A DNA stretch of 32,000 nt from Acidimicrobiales bacterium (lineage in GTDB: Bacteria > Actinomycetota > Acidimicrobiia > Acidimicrobiales > UBA8190): NCBI GenBank assembly GCA_035509915.1, contig DATKIB010000065.1, positions 17,508 through 49,507 on the forward strand, written 5' to 3'. The notes under the pieces are model-generated. The model was given only the letters and a program-made list of their open reading frames with translations. It made no database searches and was not told the DNA's origin. The position numbers and the translations under genes were made by a program. This document shows, in pieces, positions 11,310 to 20,300 of this stretch (position 1 is the first letter of the stretch; the number at the start of each line of letters is the position of its first letter).

Positions 11310-12184
11310 ACCCGCCTCGCCTCGGGCCTTGCGAATATGCCCTGAGGTCTCGCCGTGAGCGTCACCATCAAGAGAGCGAGAGCCCCGAGCGGCTGCAGGC
11401 TCGCGCCCAGGTAACCCCCGACGTAGGAGACGCACAGGCCTGTGATGAGCCCGCCGACGAGCGCGCCGACGGGGCTGTCCAGGCCGCCGATGACGGCGGC
11501 GGTGAACCCGAAGACCAGGGAGAGGTCCATGTAGTAGGGGCTGAACGACGCGGTCGGCGCCACTAGCAGCCCCGCGAGCGACCCCGCCACCGCCGCGAGC
11601 GCCCACCCGAGGGTGAGGATCCGACCGACCCGCACCCCGAGCAGGCGCGCCACCTCGGGCTCGAACGCCGACGCCCGCATGCGCAGCCCGAGGCTCGTCC
11701 CCCTGAACAGCAGCAAGGTGGCGATCATGAGGGTGAGCACGGCACCGAGGATGAACAGGTCGAAGTGCGAGAAGGCGATCTTCGTATGGCCCACGGTCAG
11801 GCCGGTCTGCGAGAAGGCGGGCGGGAAGCCCTTCGCACTGTTGCCCCAGATGCTCCCGGCGAGCCCCTCGAGCACCACGAGCAGCCCGATCGTGACGATC
11901 ACGGGATTCAGCTCAGGCTTGCCCTGCAGGGGCCGGATGAGCACTCTCTGCACGAGCGCCCCGAGCACCAGCCCGATCCCGAGGGCCGCGGCGAAAGCCT
12001 CCCAGTAGCCGATGCCTCGGTCGAGGAGGCTGAATGCGATGAAGGTGGTGAACATGCCCATCGCGCCCTGAGCGAAATTGACGATGCTCGTCGCCCGGTA
12101 GATGAAGACGAGGGCGAGGGCCATCGCGGCGAAGATCATGCCGTTGGCCACTCCGTTCAGCGTCACGTCCACGAACAGCTTCAT
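11306..12184 (-). CDS. livH: branched-chain amino acid ABC transporter permease (LivH-type)
   Basis: Start MKLFVDVTLNGVANGMIFAAMALALVFIY at ATG 12184, preceded by GAGGGG. The track ORF starting at 12244 overlaps livF. Confidence 0.85.
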   Translation of the reverse strand: MKLFVDVTLNGVANGMIFAAMALALVFIYRATSIVNFAQGAMGMFTTFIAFSLLDRGIGYWEAFAAALGIGLVLGALVQRVLIRPLQGKPELNPVIVTIGLLVVLEGLAGSIWGNSAKGFPPAFSQTGLTVGHTKIAFSHFDLFILGAVLTLMIATLLLFRGTSLGLRMRASAFEPEVARLLGVRVGRILTLGWALAAVAGSLAGLLVAPTASFSPYYMDLSLVFGFTAAVIGGLDSPVGALVGGLITGLCVSYVGGYLGASLQPLGALALLMVTLTARPQGIFARPEARRV

Positions 12185-12194
12185 GTTCAGCCCC

Positions 12195-12950
12195 TCAGAA
12201 TCCGAGATAGTGGTGGCGCAGGTCGTTGTCGGCTGCCACGACATCTGCGTCGTCGCTCACCACGACCTTCCCGAGGTTTAGTACGACGGCGCGTTGCGCG
12301 ACCGAGAGCGCACTGCGGGCGTTCTGCTCCACGAGCACGACGGTGAGCTCTGAAGAGACGGCGAGGTCGCGCAGCACCGCCATGAGCTGGGCGGTCACTA
12401 TGGGGGCGAGGCCGAGAGACGGCTCGTCGAGCAGCATCACCTTCGGCCGCGACACGAGCGCCCTGCCGATCGCGAGCATCTGGCGCTCTCCCCCCGAGAG
12501 GGTCGAGGCGTGACGGTTGCGCCGCTCACCGAGGAGGGGGAACAGACCGTAGACCTCCTCCATGGCCTTTCTGCGCTCGGATCGTCCCAGGCGCCACAGC
12601 GTCCCGAGGCGAAGGTTCTCGTCCACGGTGAGCTCCTGGATGACGCCGCGCCCTTCGGGGACGTGCGCGACTCCCACGCGCGCGATGTCCTCGACCGCCA
12701 TGCCGGTGAGCCTCGTCCCGTTCAGGCGTACGCTCCCGGCGCTCGGCTTCACGAGCCCCGTGATCGTCCGCAGGAGCGTGGTCTTTCCGGCACCGTTCGC
12801 CCCGAGGACGGCCGTGATCATGCCCTCGTGGGCCTCGAGCTCGACGTCCCGGAGAGCTCGTATCGCTCCGTAGGAGACGCTCAACCCCTCAACCGCCAGC
12901 ACTGTCAGGTCCCCCCGACCCGCCGTCACCTTCGCTACCGCGCGCAGCAT
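12195..12950 (-). CDS. livF: branched-chain amino acid ABC transporter ATP-binding protein (LivF-type)
   Basis: Walker A GANGAGKTT, signature LSGGERQML and Walker B VMLLDEPS. Start uncertain: ATG 12950, GTG 12929 or GTG 12902. All three overlap the livG 3' end. Confidence 0.85.
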   Translation of the reverse strand: MLRAVAKVTAGRGDLTVLAVEGLSVSYGAIRALRDVELEAHEGMITAVLGANGAGKTTLLRTITGLVKPSAGSVRLNGTRLTGMAVEDIARVGVAHVPEGRGVIQELTVDENLRLGTLWRLGRSERRKAMEEVYGLFPLLGERRNRHASTLSGGERQMLAIGRALVSRPKVMLLDEPSLGLAPIVTAQLMAVLRDLAVSSELTVVLVEQNARSALSVAQRAVVLNLGKVVVSDDADVVAADNDLRHHYLGF

Positions 12951-13854
12951 CGAGGTGCTGCGATGCCTCGCCGTGTTTGGCGGCGGCTCCGCCCGGGCGG
13001 ATCGCCTCCACGTCCTCGCCCAGGTAAGCGGTCGTGACCTCCGGGTCGGCGCGGACCTGCTCGGGGGTCCCCGCGGATATGACGCGGCCGAAGTTGAGAA
13101 CCACGAGGCGGTCGCAAGTGGACATCACCAGGTCCATGTGGTGCTCGACGAGCATCACCCCGATCGAGCCGCGAAGCCGCACGATCAGCGCGCGCAGCTC
13201 TTCCATCTCGGCTCCCGATAGCCCGCTCGCCGGCTCGTCCAGCAACAACAGCGTGGGCTCGCTGATCAGCGCCCGGGCGAGCGCGACGCGCTTCTGGATC
13301 GCGTAGGGGAGCGCGGTCGGGGGCCAATCGGCGAATTCCGCGACACCGAGCTGGTCGAGTAGGTCCATGGTCCTGCTGCGCAGGCGTTGCTCCTCCCCGC
13401 TCGCGCGCCACGTCCCGAGGAGAGCGGACACGAAGTTCGTGCGGAGGCTCGCTTGCGCCCCGGCCATCACGTTCTCGGCCACACTCATTCCGGGCCACAG
13501 GCCCACTCCCTGGAGGGTGCGGGCGATGCCGAGAGGGGCGAGGTCGTGGGGGTTGTGGTGCCGCAGCAACCGCCCCCTGTAGGAGATCCTGCCGGCAGTC
13601 GGCCTGACGAACCCGCACACGACGTTGAAGAGCGTTGTCTTGCCCGCTCCGTTGGGCCCGATGACGCCGACCACCTCGCCTTCGTCGACCGACATGGACA
13701 CGTCGTCGAGGGCTGCGAGGCCCCCGAAGGTGACGCTCACACCGCTTACGGAGAGGCCCCCGGACGGCTCACCCACGAGATTCGGTGACGGTCCCCCGGC
13801 CCGGGGTCGGCGAAGCGAGAGCCTTCGACCTGGGCCCGCCGGGGGTGACAACAC
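12889..13854 (-). CDS. livG: branched-chain amino acid ABC transporter ATP-binding protein (LivG-type)
   Basis: Walker A GPNGAGKTT, LivG-type insertion, signature-like PYAIQKRVALARAL and Walker B LLLLDEPASG. The Arg/Pro-rich first 26 aa look like an over-extension. GTG 13776 is a likely true start. Confidence 0.8.
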   Translation of the reverse strand: MLSPPAGPGRRLSLRRPRAGGPSPNLVGEPSGGLSVSGVSVTFGGLAALDDVSMSVDEGEVVGVIGPNGAGKTTLFNVVCGFVRPTAGRISYRGRLLRHHNPHDLAPLGIARTLQGVGLWPGMSVAENVMAGAQASLRTNFVSALLGTWRASGEEQRLRSRTMDLLDQLGVAEFADWPPTALPYAIQKRVALARALISEPTLLLLDEPASGLSGAEMEELRALIVRLRGSIGVMLVEHHMDLVMSTCDRLVVLNFGRVISAGTPEQVRADPEVTTAYLGEDVEAIRPGGAAAKHGEASQHLDAARGSEGDGGSGGPDSAGG

Positions 13855-13936
13855 GAGTCACGCGGCCCATTTTGGCTGTGCCCGAGGCCGATTGCTTGGG
13901 TAGAAAGCCCTTGGCATCGATCTCATTGTGCGACCG

Positions 13937-13965
13937 TTGACGCGTCGTAGTGGTGAGTGTACTTT
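13937..13965 (+). promoter_or_regulatory. candidate promoter TTGACG-N17-TACTTT upstream of the FHA-PrsW gene
   Basis: Hexamers read from the sequence in the divergent intergenic region, about 70 nt upstream of ATG 14035. Confidence 0.3.
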
Positions 13966-14034
13966 CGCGCCGAAGAGTTAGACAGGCCCGGGCTGGGGCG
14001 GCTCTCTCGAGGCCTCCGACTGGGAGGGAAGAAG

Positions 14035-15417
14035 ATGAGCGTCGTCGACGGAGGCGCAGCCCCACCTGCGCCCGGCCAGAGCGTTCCCCCCGTGGCCCCG
14101 GGCACAATCACGATCCACCACGGCCGGCACCGGTTCGTGCTCCAGCCCGGGCAGGCAGCCAAGGTGGGGAGCGGGCCGGCCAACGAGGTCGTGGTCAGTG
14201 ACCCACGCGTCTCGGCCACGCACCTGTTCGTCAGCTGGAGCCCACAGGGTTGGGTGCTCGACAGCGTGGGCACTGGCGGCACGTACATGTCCGGTCAGCT
14301 CGTCACCCGCGTGCTTCTCACACACCCGGTCGAGGCGCGTCTTGCGGCTCCGGACGGACCCCTCGTCCACTTCGAGCCGGCAGTCACAGCACCCTCTGCC
14401 GGGGTACCGGCGAGTACGGTGCAAGGCGCTTTAGCGAAGGCCGGTCTCGGGCACCACAATGGCCAGTGGGCCTCGACGCCAGAGCTCGAGGAGCTGTCCA
14501 CCGCGCTCAAGATCCTCGTCCCGATCCGAAGCTGGTTGAAGAACCCCAGCTGGCACAAGGGGCTCAGGCTTTGCGTGATCCCCTACGCCTTGCTGCCGCT
14601 GTCTTTCATCGCCCTCTTCGCCGGCTCGGGCAACCTCACGACGCCCGGATGGGCCTACAGCCTTTACGTAGCCCCCTTGTGGCTGGTGGCCTTCTGGTAC
14701 CTGATCCGCCCCGGCACGATCACGAGACAGGAGGTGGTCATAGGCGCCATCGTGATCGCCTGGGTCCTCACGTGGATGAAGCTGGTCACGATCCACATCA
14801 ACGACCATCTTGCCGGTGCAGGCCAGTCGTTGACGTTCATCAAGGCCATCGGAGTCGGGTTCAACGAGGAGATCACCAAAGCGCTCCCTGTGCTCATCCT
14901 CGCCGTGGTGCTCATGAAGTTCCGCTCTACGAGGCTCGACGTCCGGATGTGGATGTTCATAGGCACCATCGCTGGACTGACGTTCGGCGTGTACGAGGCG
15001 ACCAGCTACACGGTCGGCGCCATCGTCAGCATCCACGCCGCAACCGGCAACAACGGGGCGGTCGTTGCTAGCCTCGAGTTCGCTTACCGAGTGTTCGTGG
15101 ACGGGTTCCAACACGCCGTGTGGGCCGGCATCTCGTGCTTCTTCGTCGGGATGGCGATCAACCACCGACGCCGGGGAGTGCAACTGATCCTCGTCGGTAT
15201 CGTGATCGCGGCTGTCCTGCACGGGGTGAACGACTGGATCGCTCCTGCGGTAAACAGCCTCTGGGCGCAGGTGGCCGTCGAGGCCGTGTCGCTGTTCCTC
15301 TTCTTCGGCTACTCGATGTCTGCCCGTGACATCGAGCTCGAAGTACAACAGAACCCCGTGTTCGAAGAGCAGCCGAAAGCGAATACTCAGCAGTCCCAGC
15401 CGACTCCCACCACCTAG
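14035..15417 (+). CDS. FHA domain fused to a PrsW-like polytopic intramembrane protease domain
   Basis: ATG 14035 preceded by GGGAGG. FHA landmarks are present (GR, VSATH, GGTYMSG). The membrane domain has PrsW-type motifs (NEEITKALPVL, GLTFGVYEATSY, FQHAVWAG, LHGVNDW). Confidence 0.75.
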   Translation: MSVVDGGAAPPAPGQSVPPVAPGTITIHHGRHRFVLQPGQAAKVGSGPANEVVVSDPRVSATHLFVSWSPQGWVLDSVGTGGTYMSGQLVTRVLLTHPVEARLAAPDGPLVHFEPAVTAPSAGVPASTVQGALAKAGLGHHNGQWASTPELEELSTALKILVPIRSWLKNPSWHKGLRLCVIPYALLPLSFIALFAGSGNLTTPGWAYSLYVAPLWLVAFWYLIRPGTITRQEVVIGAIVIAWVLTWMKLVTIHINDHLAGAGQSLTFIKAIGVGFNEEITKALPVLILAVVLMKFRSTRLDVRMWMFIGTIAGLTFGVYEATSYTVGAIVSIHAATGNNGAVVASLEFAYRVFVDGFQHAVWAGISCFFVGMAINHRRRGVQLILVGIVIAAVLHGVNDWIAPAVNSLWAQVAVEAVSLFLFFGYSMSARDIELEVQQNPVFEEQPKANTQQSQPTPTT

Positions 15418-15429
15418 CCGTCAGAGTCC

Positions 15430-17352
15430 TCAGGACGCCTTTGTGTGTGAGAGAGAGGCGACCTCGTCGCCGCCAAGGCGGCGGATGGTGAACCCGGCGC
15501 GCGACAGCACCACCGGGATCGTCTTCACGTGCTCCCTGTCCTTCTCCTTGTTGTCCTCGGGGAGCTCGTCGAAGGGCACGTCGATCATCGGGTGGTGCTG
15601 GTTGTCGCGTTGTGAGCCGTAGCGGTATCCCATCCGCTTCATGTCCGCCGACCAGCGATCGTGCTCCAGCGGAGCGAGCGCCTCGATCTCCTCTGCGGAG
15701 AACTCGAAGAGCGGCTCGTTGGCCCGCAACGGAGCAGGCGCGACCACGCACCTAACGCTCGCGAGCTTCGCGGCGATGCCGTCGGCCCACAGCCGGTTGG
15801 ACTCCCTCAGGGCGTGTGGGAGCTGCTCCCAGGGCACGAGGGAGGAGTCCTGCGCCACCGTGACGCCGAGCTCTCGTTGGTGCGCGCAGTGCAGCTCGTG
15901 CCCGAGCCTGGCGATGGTCTCCGTCGAGGTGTGGGTCAACAGCGCGTTGGGTCGCAGGCACTGGCTCATCCAGCCGAAGGAGGCGATGTTCTCGAGCCCG
16001 GGCCCGCCCCTCGTGACCGTGCGGGCCACCCCCGCGTCGTGGTCCGACACCGCTATGACGATCGGGGTGTCGGAGTCGAGCGCTCCCTGCTGGCGGAGAG
16101 TGAGGGCGGTGGCCAGCGCCTCGGTGTCGCTCGGGAGGGCGATGTAGATGGCGCTCACCTCTGCCGGGAAATCAGAGATCCGCCCCGTGGCCGCCAGGTC
16201 GATCTGCCAGGTCCGGAGCTCGACCGACCCGATGTCGCCGAGCTCGGGGTTGCGATTGGTGAGCTCGGCGAGGATCCTCTCGGGGTCGACTCCCACGATC
16301 GTCACGGTGAGCGAGCCGTGCGCCGAGCGCATCGACGCGAGCCAGCGCCTCAGCACGCCCACGACCAGGCTCGGGCCCAGGCCGCCCGCCGTGACGACCA
16401 ACACGTGCGGCGATCCCGGGCGCGCCTCGTCGAAGGGGGGGTGCTCGTCGAGCAGGAGCTCGGCGGCCAGCGCGAAGACGTTCACCAGCTCGAGCCGGAA
16501 TGCCGACTGGTCCCTGTCCACTAGGGCCTGCGCCTTCATCACGTGCCAGAGCTCGAAGTCGTCGAACTCCACGAGAGCTGTGAGCACCCCGTCGCTGCGG
16601 TTGCTGGAAAGCGCTCGTGAGCCGGCGGCGACGTCGATGTTTGCGCCGTCGTTGCCGCACATTGCCACGAGCAGGGCGGCATGCCCAGCGCCCGCCTGCC
16701 TCAGTATTTGGGGGTCGGTGGCGTCACCGATCAAGGTGAAAATACCCCGCTCGCGACAACTCTCTATGCCGACGTTGGACTGGTCGCGCTCGATGACGAC
16801 CACGGGGAAGTCCTCGTCGCTGAAGGCCCTCGCGATCCTCAGCCCTCCGGCTCCTAGCCCGGCCACCACCACGTGGTTGCGCAACCGACGGACCCGGAGG
16901 CGGTTCAGCTGGTCGCGGTACAGGGCTAGGACCACGCCAAGTCCCGCGTACCCCAGCAGGACAGGGCCCAGGAAGCGCGAGATGTTCAAGAGGAGGTTCG
17001 GGTTGTTCGGTACACCGATGTGGATCGCGAACAGCCCGAGCGAGTCGTAGAGAGCGTCGAAGAAGCCGAGCTTCGGGTAGGCCTGCTCGAAGCCGGCAAC
17101 CCCCATCGCCAGGTCGATGACGGCGACGAACGCCAGGAGGGCGGGGCCGGCTCTCTTGAGGCGGTGTACCGCCTCCCTGCCCCTCGCCGAGCGCACCAGC
17201 CGATGGCCGCGCGAGCGCCTGTGGCTCAGTATGTCGATGTCGGCCGCGGTGAGGGACCGGGACTCGACTGTGGTGTCCCGCCCGAAGACCTCTGCGTCGC
17301 TCTCCGCTACCGGAGCTTGGAGCTCGTCCGGCCGTTCAGTTGGCGGCGGCAT
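15430..17352 (-). CDS. membrane protein: 2-TM K-channel-like pore module with a non-canonical filter, RCK/TrkA-N Rossmann domain and C-terminal RyR (ryanodine-receptor repeat) domain
   Basis: FFDALYDSLGLFAIHIGVP aligns with the channel pore helix but lacks TVGYG. VVVAGLGAGGLRIA...VVVIERD is a TrkA-N GxGxxG fingerprint. The C-terminus (LEHDRWSADMKRMGYRYG...HHPMIDVPFDELPEDNKEKDREHV) matches the RyR repeat pattern. ATG 17352 overlaps the upstream gene by 17 nt. Confidence 0.7.
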   Translation of the reverse strand: MPPPTERPDELQAPVAESDAEVFGRDTTVESRSLTAADIDILSHRRSRGHRLVRSARGREAVHRLKRAGPALLAFVAVIDLAMGVAGFEQAYPKLGFFDALYDSLGLFAIHIGVPNNPNLLLNISRFLGPVLLGYAGLGVVLALYRDQLNRLRVRRLRNHVVVAGLGAGGLRIARAFSDEDFPVVVIERDQSNVGIESCRERGIFTLIGDATDPQILRQAGAGHAALLVAMCGNDGANIDVAAGSRALSSNRSDGVLTALVEFDDFELWHVMKAQALVDRDQSAFRLELVNVFALAAELLLDEHPPFDEARPGSPHVLVVTAGGLGPSLVVGVLRRWLASMRSAHGSLTVTIVGVDPERILAELTNRNPELGDIGSVELRTWQIDLAATGRISDFPAEVSAIYIALPSDTEALATALTLRQQGALDSDTPIVIAVSDHDAGVARTVTRGGPGLENIASFGWMSQCLRPNALLTHTSTETIARLGHELHCAHQRELGVTVAQDSSLVPWEQLPHALRESNRLWADGIAAKLASVRCVVAPAPLRANEPLFEFSAEEIEALAPLEHDRWSADMKRMGYRYGSQRDNQHHPMIDVPFDELPEDNKEKDREHVKTIPVVLSRAGFTIRRLGGDEVASLSHTKAS

Positions 17353-20300
17353 GGTACAAGGCCTGCTCGGTCGAGGTCAGGTCGCGGGTGATCCGTCCGT
17401 GAGCGGCCTGTTCGAGCTGGGGAAGAGGCATGGCCCCGGAGGTCGACCACAAGCGCGCGACCCCGTCGTTACCTGCCGTCAGGATCTCAGTACCATTCGA
17501 ATTGAACGCGGCGCTGTTGACTGCTCGTGGGTTCGGCCGAGGGGTTGGCCCGAACACCGCCAGTTGCGAGCCCGACGCCACGTCCCAGATGCGAACGGCT
17601 CCGTCGTCTTCGGACGTGACTATCTGTGTACCCTGGGGATTGAACACAGCCGTGTTGAGCTGACCGGTCGAGGCGTTCATGGGGGGCTTGGCGGGCCGGA
17701 TCGTGTGGCCCGGAGAGCAGTCGGCGGTGTCGAAGACGGCGACGTTGCCTGCGTTGTCCGCTGTCACGACCAGATCTCCCTTGAGGTCGAATTGACCGTC
17801 CCACATCACTGCATCAGGGTCGGGACCCTGGAGCAGGCACGGATGCTCGCTGGGATGGGCGGTGTTCCACATGAGAGCCTGCCCGCTCTGATAGGAGACG
17901 AGCAGGTGGGCCTGCGACTGGTCGAAGGCGATGGAGTTGACTATCCAGTCCGTGGAATCGTCGTAAACCTGGTTGTAATGACACGGAAAATCGAAACTCT
18001 TCGGGCACGACAATTTGATCTGCTTCCCGGTGTTCAAATTGTACAAGTGTACGAGGTAGTTGGTGTCGACGATACCGATCCAGGTCTGCTTCTGGCTCAC
18101 GGCAACCGCGTCGACGTCACTGAGCAGGGTCTTGGGCGACCCCGAAATCGACTGAAGGGTCGCCGTGCTGTTGTCGATGGTGACGATTTGGTTGGGATCG
18201 CCCGGGACCAATGCGAACGCGTAGCCAGCGTAGCTGGCGCGAAGTTTGAGCGTCCTGAGATCCCAGATCTGGACTTGCGACTGGTTCGAGGCGGTCGCCA
18301 CCAACGCGACCTCGTGGTTGCCTGTCCCCGGTACAAACTGCGCGCTGCCCAGTTCTTCGGATCCCGGAGGCACGACCTGCCCGACCAGCTGTCTCGGCAG
18401 AGTGTCCCAGAGCTTCACGGTGTGGTTCTCGTTGCCGGTCACGAGTCGTGGCGCCCCCGTGGGGTCGAATCCGACGGAGTAGATGACACCGCAGTCGCAG
18501 TCCAGCTGAGCGACCTGGTCGCCGGTGCTCGAGTCCCACACGGTCGTCTGTCCGAGGTCGTTGACCGTCGCGAGCTCACTGCCGTCGGAGTTGAAGGTCG
18601 CCGCAATCGTGTCACCGACCGTGTCCAGCGCGTGTAGCTGCGCTGGTGGGGAGCTCGTGACGTCCCACAAGAGCGTCTTCCCGTCGGCGCTTGTAGTAGC
18701 CACCTCAGTCCCGGAGGGGGAGAAGACCGCGTCGGTCATTACGTTGGAGCCGATCGTCGCCAATTGGGTCAAGCTCGGCACCGACCACAAGATGGCACCT
18801 GTGTTGTACGAGAGGGTGACGAGCATGGTGCCGGCGCCGTTGTAAGAGACCGGGCCATAGGAAGGGGTAGCTACGGAATTCGGGGGAGTGCAACCGATCG
18901 CTGCGCCCGTCACCGCATACTCGCAGAGCTGGTCGTTGGTGTCCTCGGTGGCGAAGCTCTTGCCGTCCGGATCGAAGGCGACGTAGTCGATGCCGTAGCC
19001 GTTGCTGGGGTCGTCGCTAATGGCGATGTTCGAGCCGTGGGTTTCCGCTCCCGCCGAGGTCATCGTGAACATCGTCACGTAGCCGTTTCCTTCTGCGACG
19101 GCGAGCTTGGTACCGGCTGGGTTGAAGGCAACCTCATTCGGGTCGGCGCCCCTCGGTGTGGACAAGATCGACGGGGGCGAGGACGGATGGTGAGTGTTCC
19201 AAAGCTCCGCGATATCGATGGCCTTTGTATAAGCGACTGCTGCCACGTAGCTGCCGTCCGGGCTGTAGGCGACGGAATAGACCGAGCCGCGGGCCTGGAG
19301 CGAAGTGAGCTCCTGAGTGCTGCCGAACGCCTGGCGGAGCGCGTTCTGGGCCTCGGGGGTGACGCTGGTCGTGACGGCCTGCAAGGCGAGATTGGTGCTC
19401 AGCTCGGGGTCGCTGCCGAGGTTGCTCACTGCGCTGGCGGCCAGCTGGCGCGACTTCGCCGCGTCGCTCTGAGAGCCCACGTCCCACAGCAGCCCTCCCA
19501 CGACGACGAGCACGACCAGGACCGCCACCGTCCGCCAGTTGCGTGCGCGGCGTCGCTGCGTGCGCGCCTCGCGCTCTGCCCTCTGCTTCTCCCGTTCGGC
19601 CCGAGCAGTGGCCTGCTTGCTACGCCAGTCCAAGATGGCGGAGGCGAGCACGTCGTGGAAGATCTCGAAGCGGGGCGGCTCTTCGACACCGGGAGGCGGG
19701 GGGACGTGGCGGACGATGCGTGAAGGCTGGAGCTTCTCGAGCAGCGCCTCGATCGGCGCTTGCTCATCGGGCCGCTCCGTCAGGCCGCTGAGGTCCTTTG
19801 CCGTTAGTGCGATCTTGGTGCCCGATGGCGTGACGAGCTGCTTGAAGACGTCGGTGGCGATGTCACGTTCGTCCTGCGACAGGCCGTCGAGGGTCGTCGC
19901 GAGGTGCGTGCTCACGATCTGCTGGGCGCCGCCGAGGTCTTCCAGCGTCTTCAAACGCAGGTTCGTGGACCCCGAGTCGACCTCCGCCTGCCAGAGCTTG
20001 CTCATGACCAGTTGGAGGTACGGCGCTTCGAACGCGTCGCCCGCCGCACCGTCCAGAGTGCCCGCGCCCTCCTGGTCCAATCTCACTCGGCCCGCGCGCA
20101 CCTGCTCGAGGACGGTCTCGACGAGAGCCGGCTCCCAGCCAACCTGAGGCTCCCCGGGCCGCCGGCGGTTGAACTCCTCGATGGGGCCCACGATCGCCTC
20201 GCGTGCGGCGGCCTTGCCGAGCGGGTTGACGCGACGCAGCGAGTCGAACAAGGCAGGGGTGCGGTCCTTGAACCGATCGAGCTGCGCCAACGCGTCCTCA

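Noticed and set aside
11310-11606. 5' extension of the livM ORF
   Set aside because: It overlaps livH out of frame and is Arg/Gly/Pro-rich. The GTGA-coupled start at 11309 is preferred.
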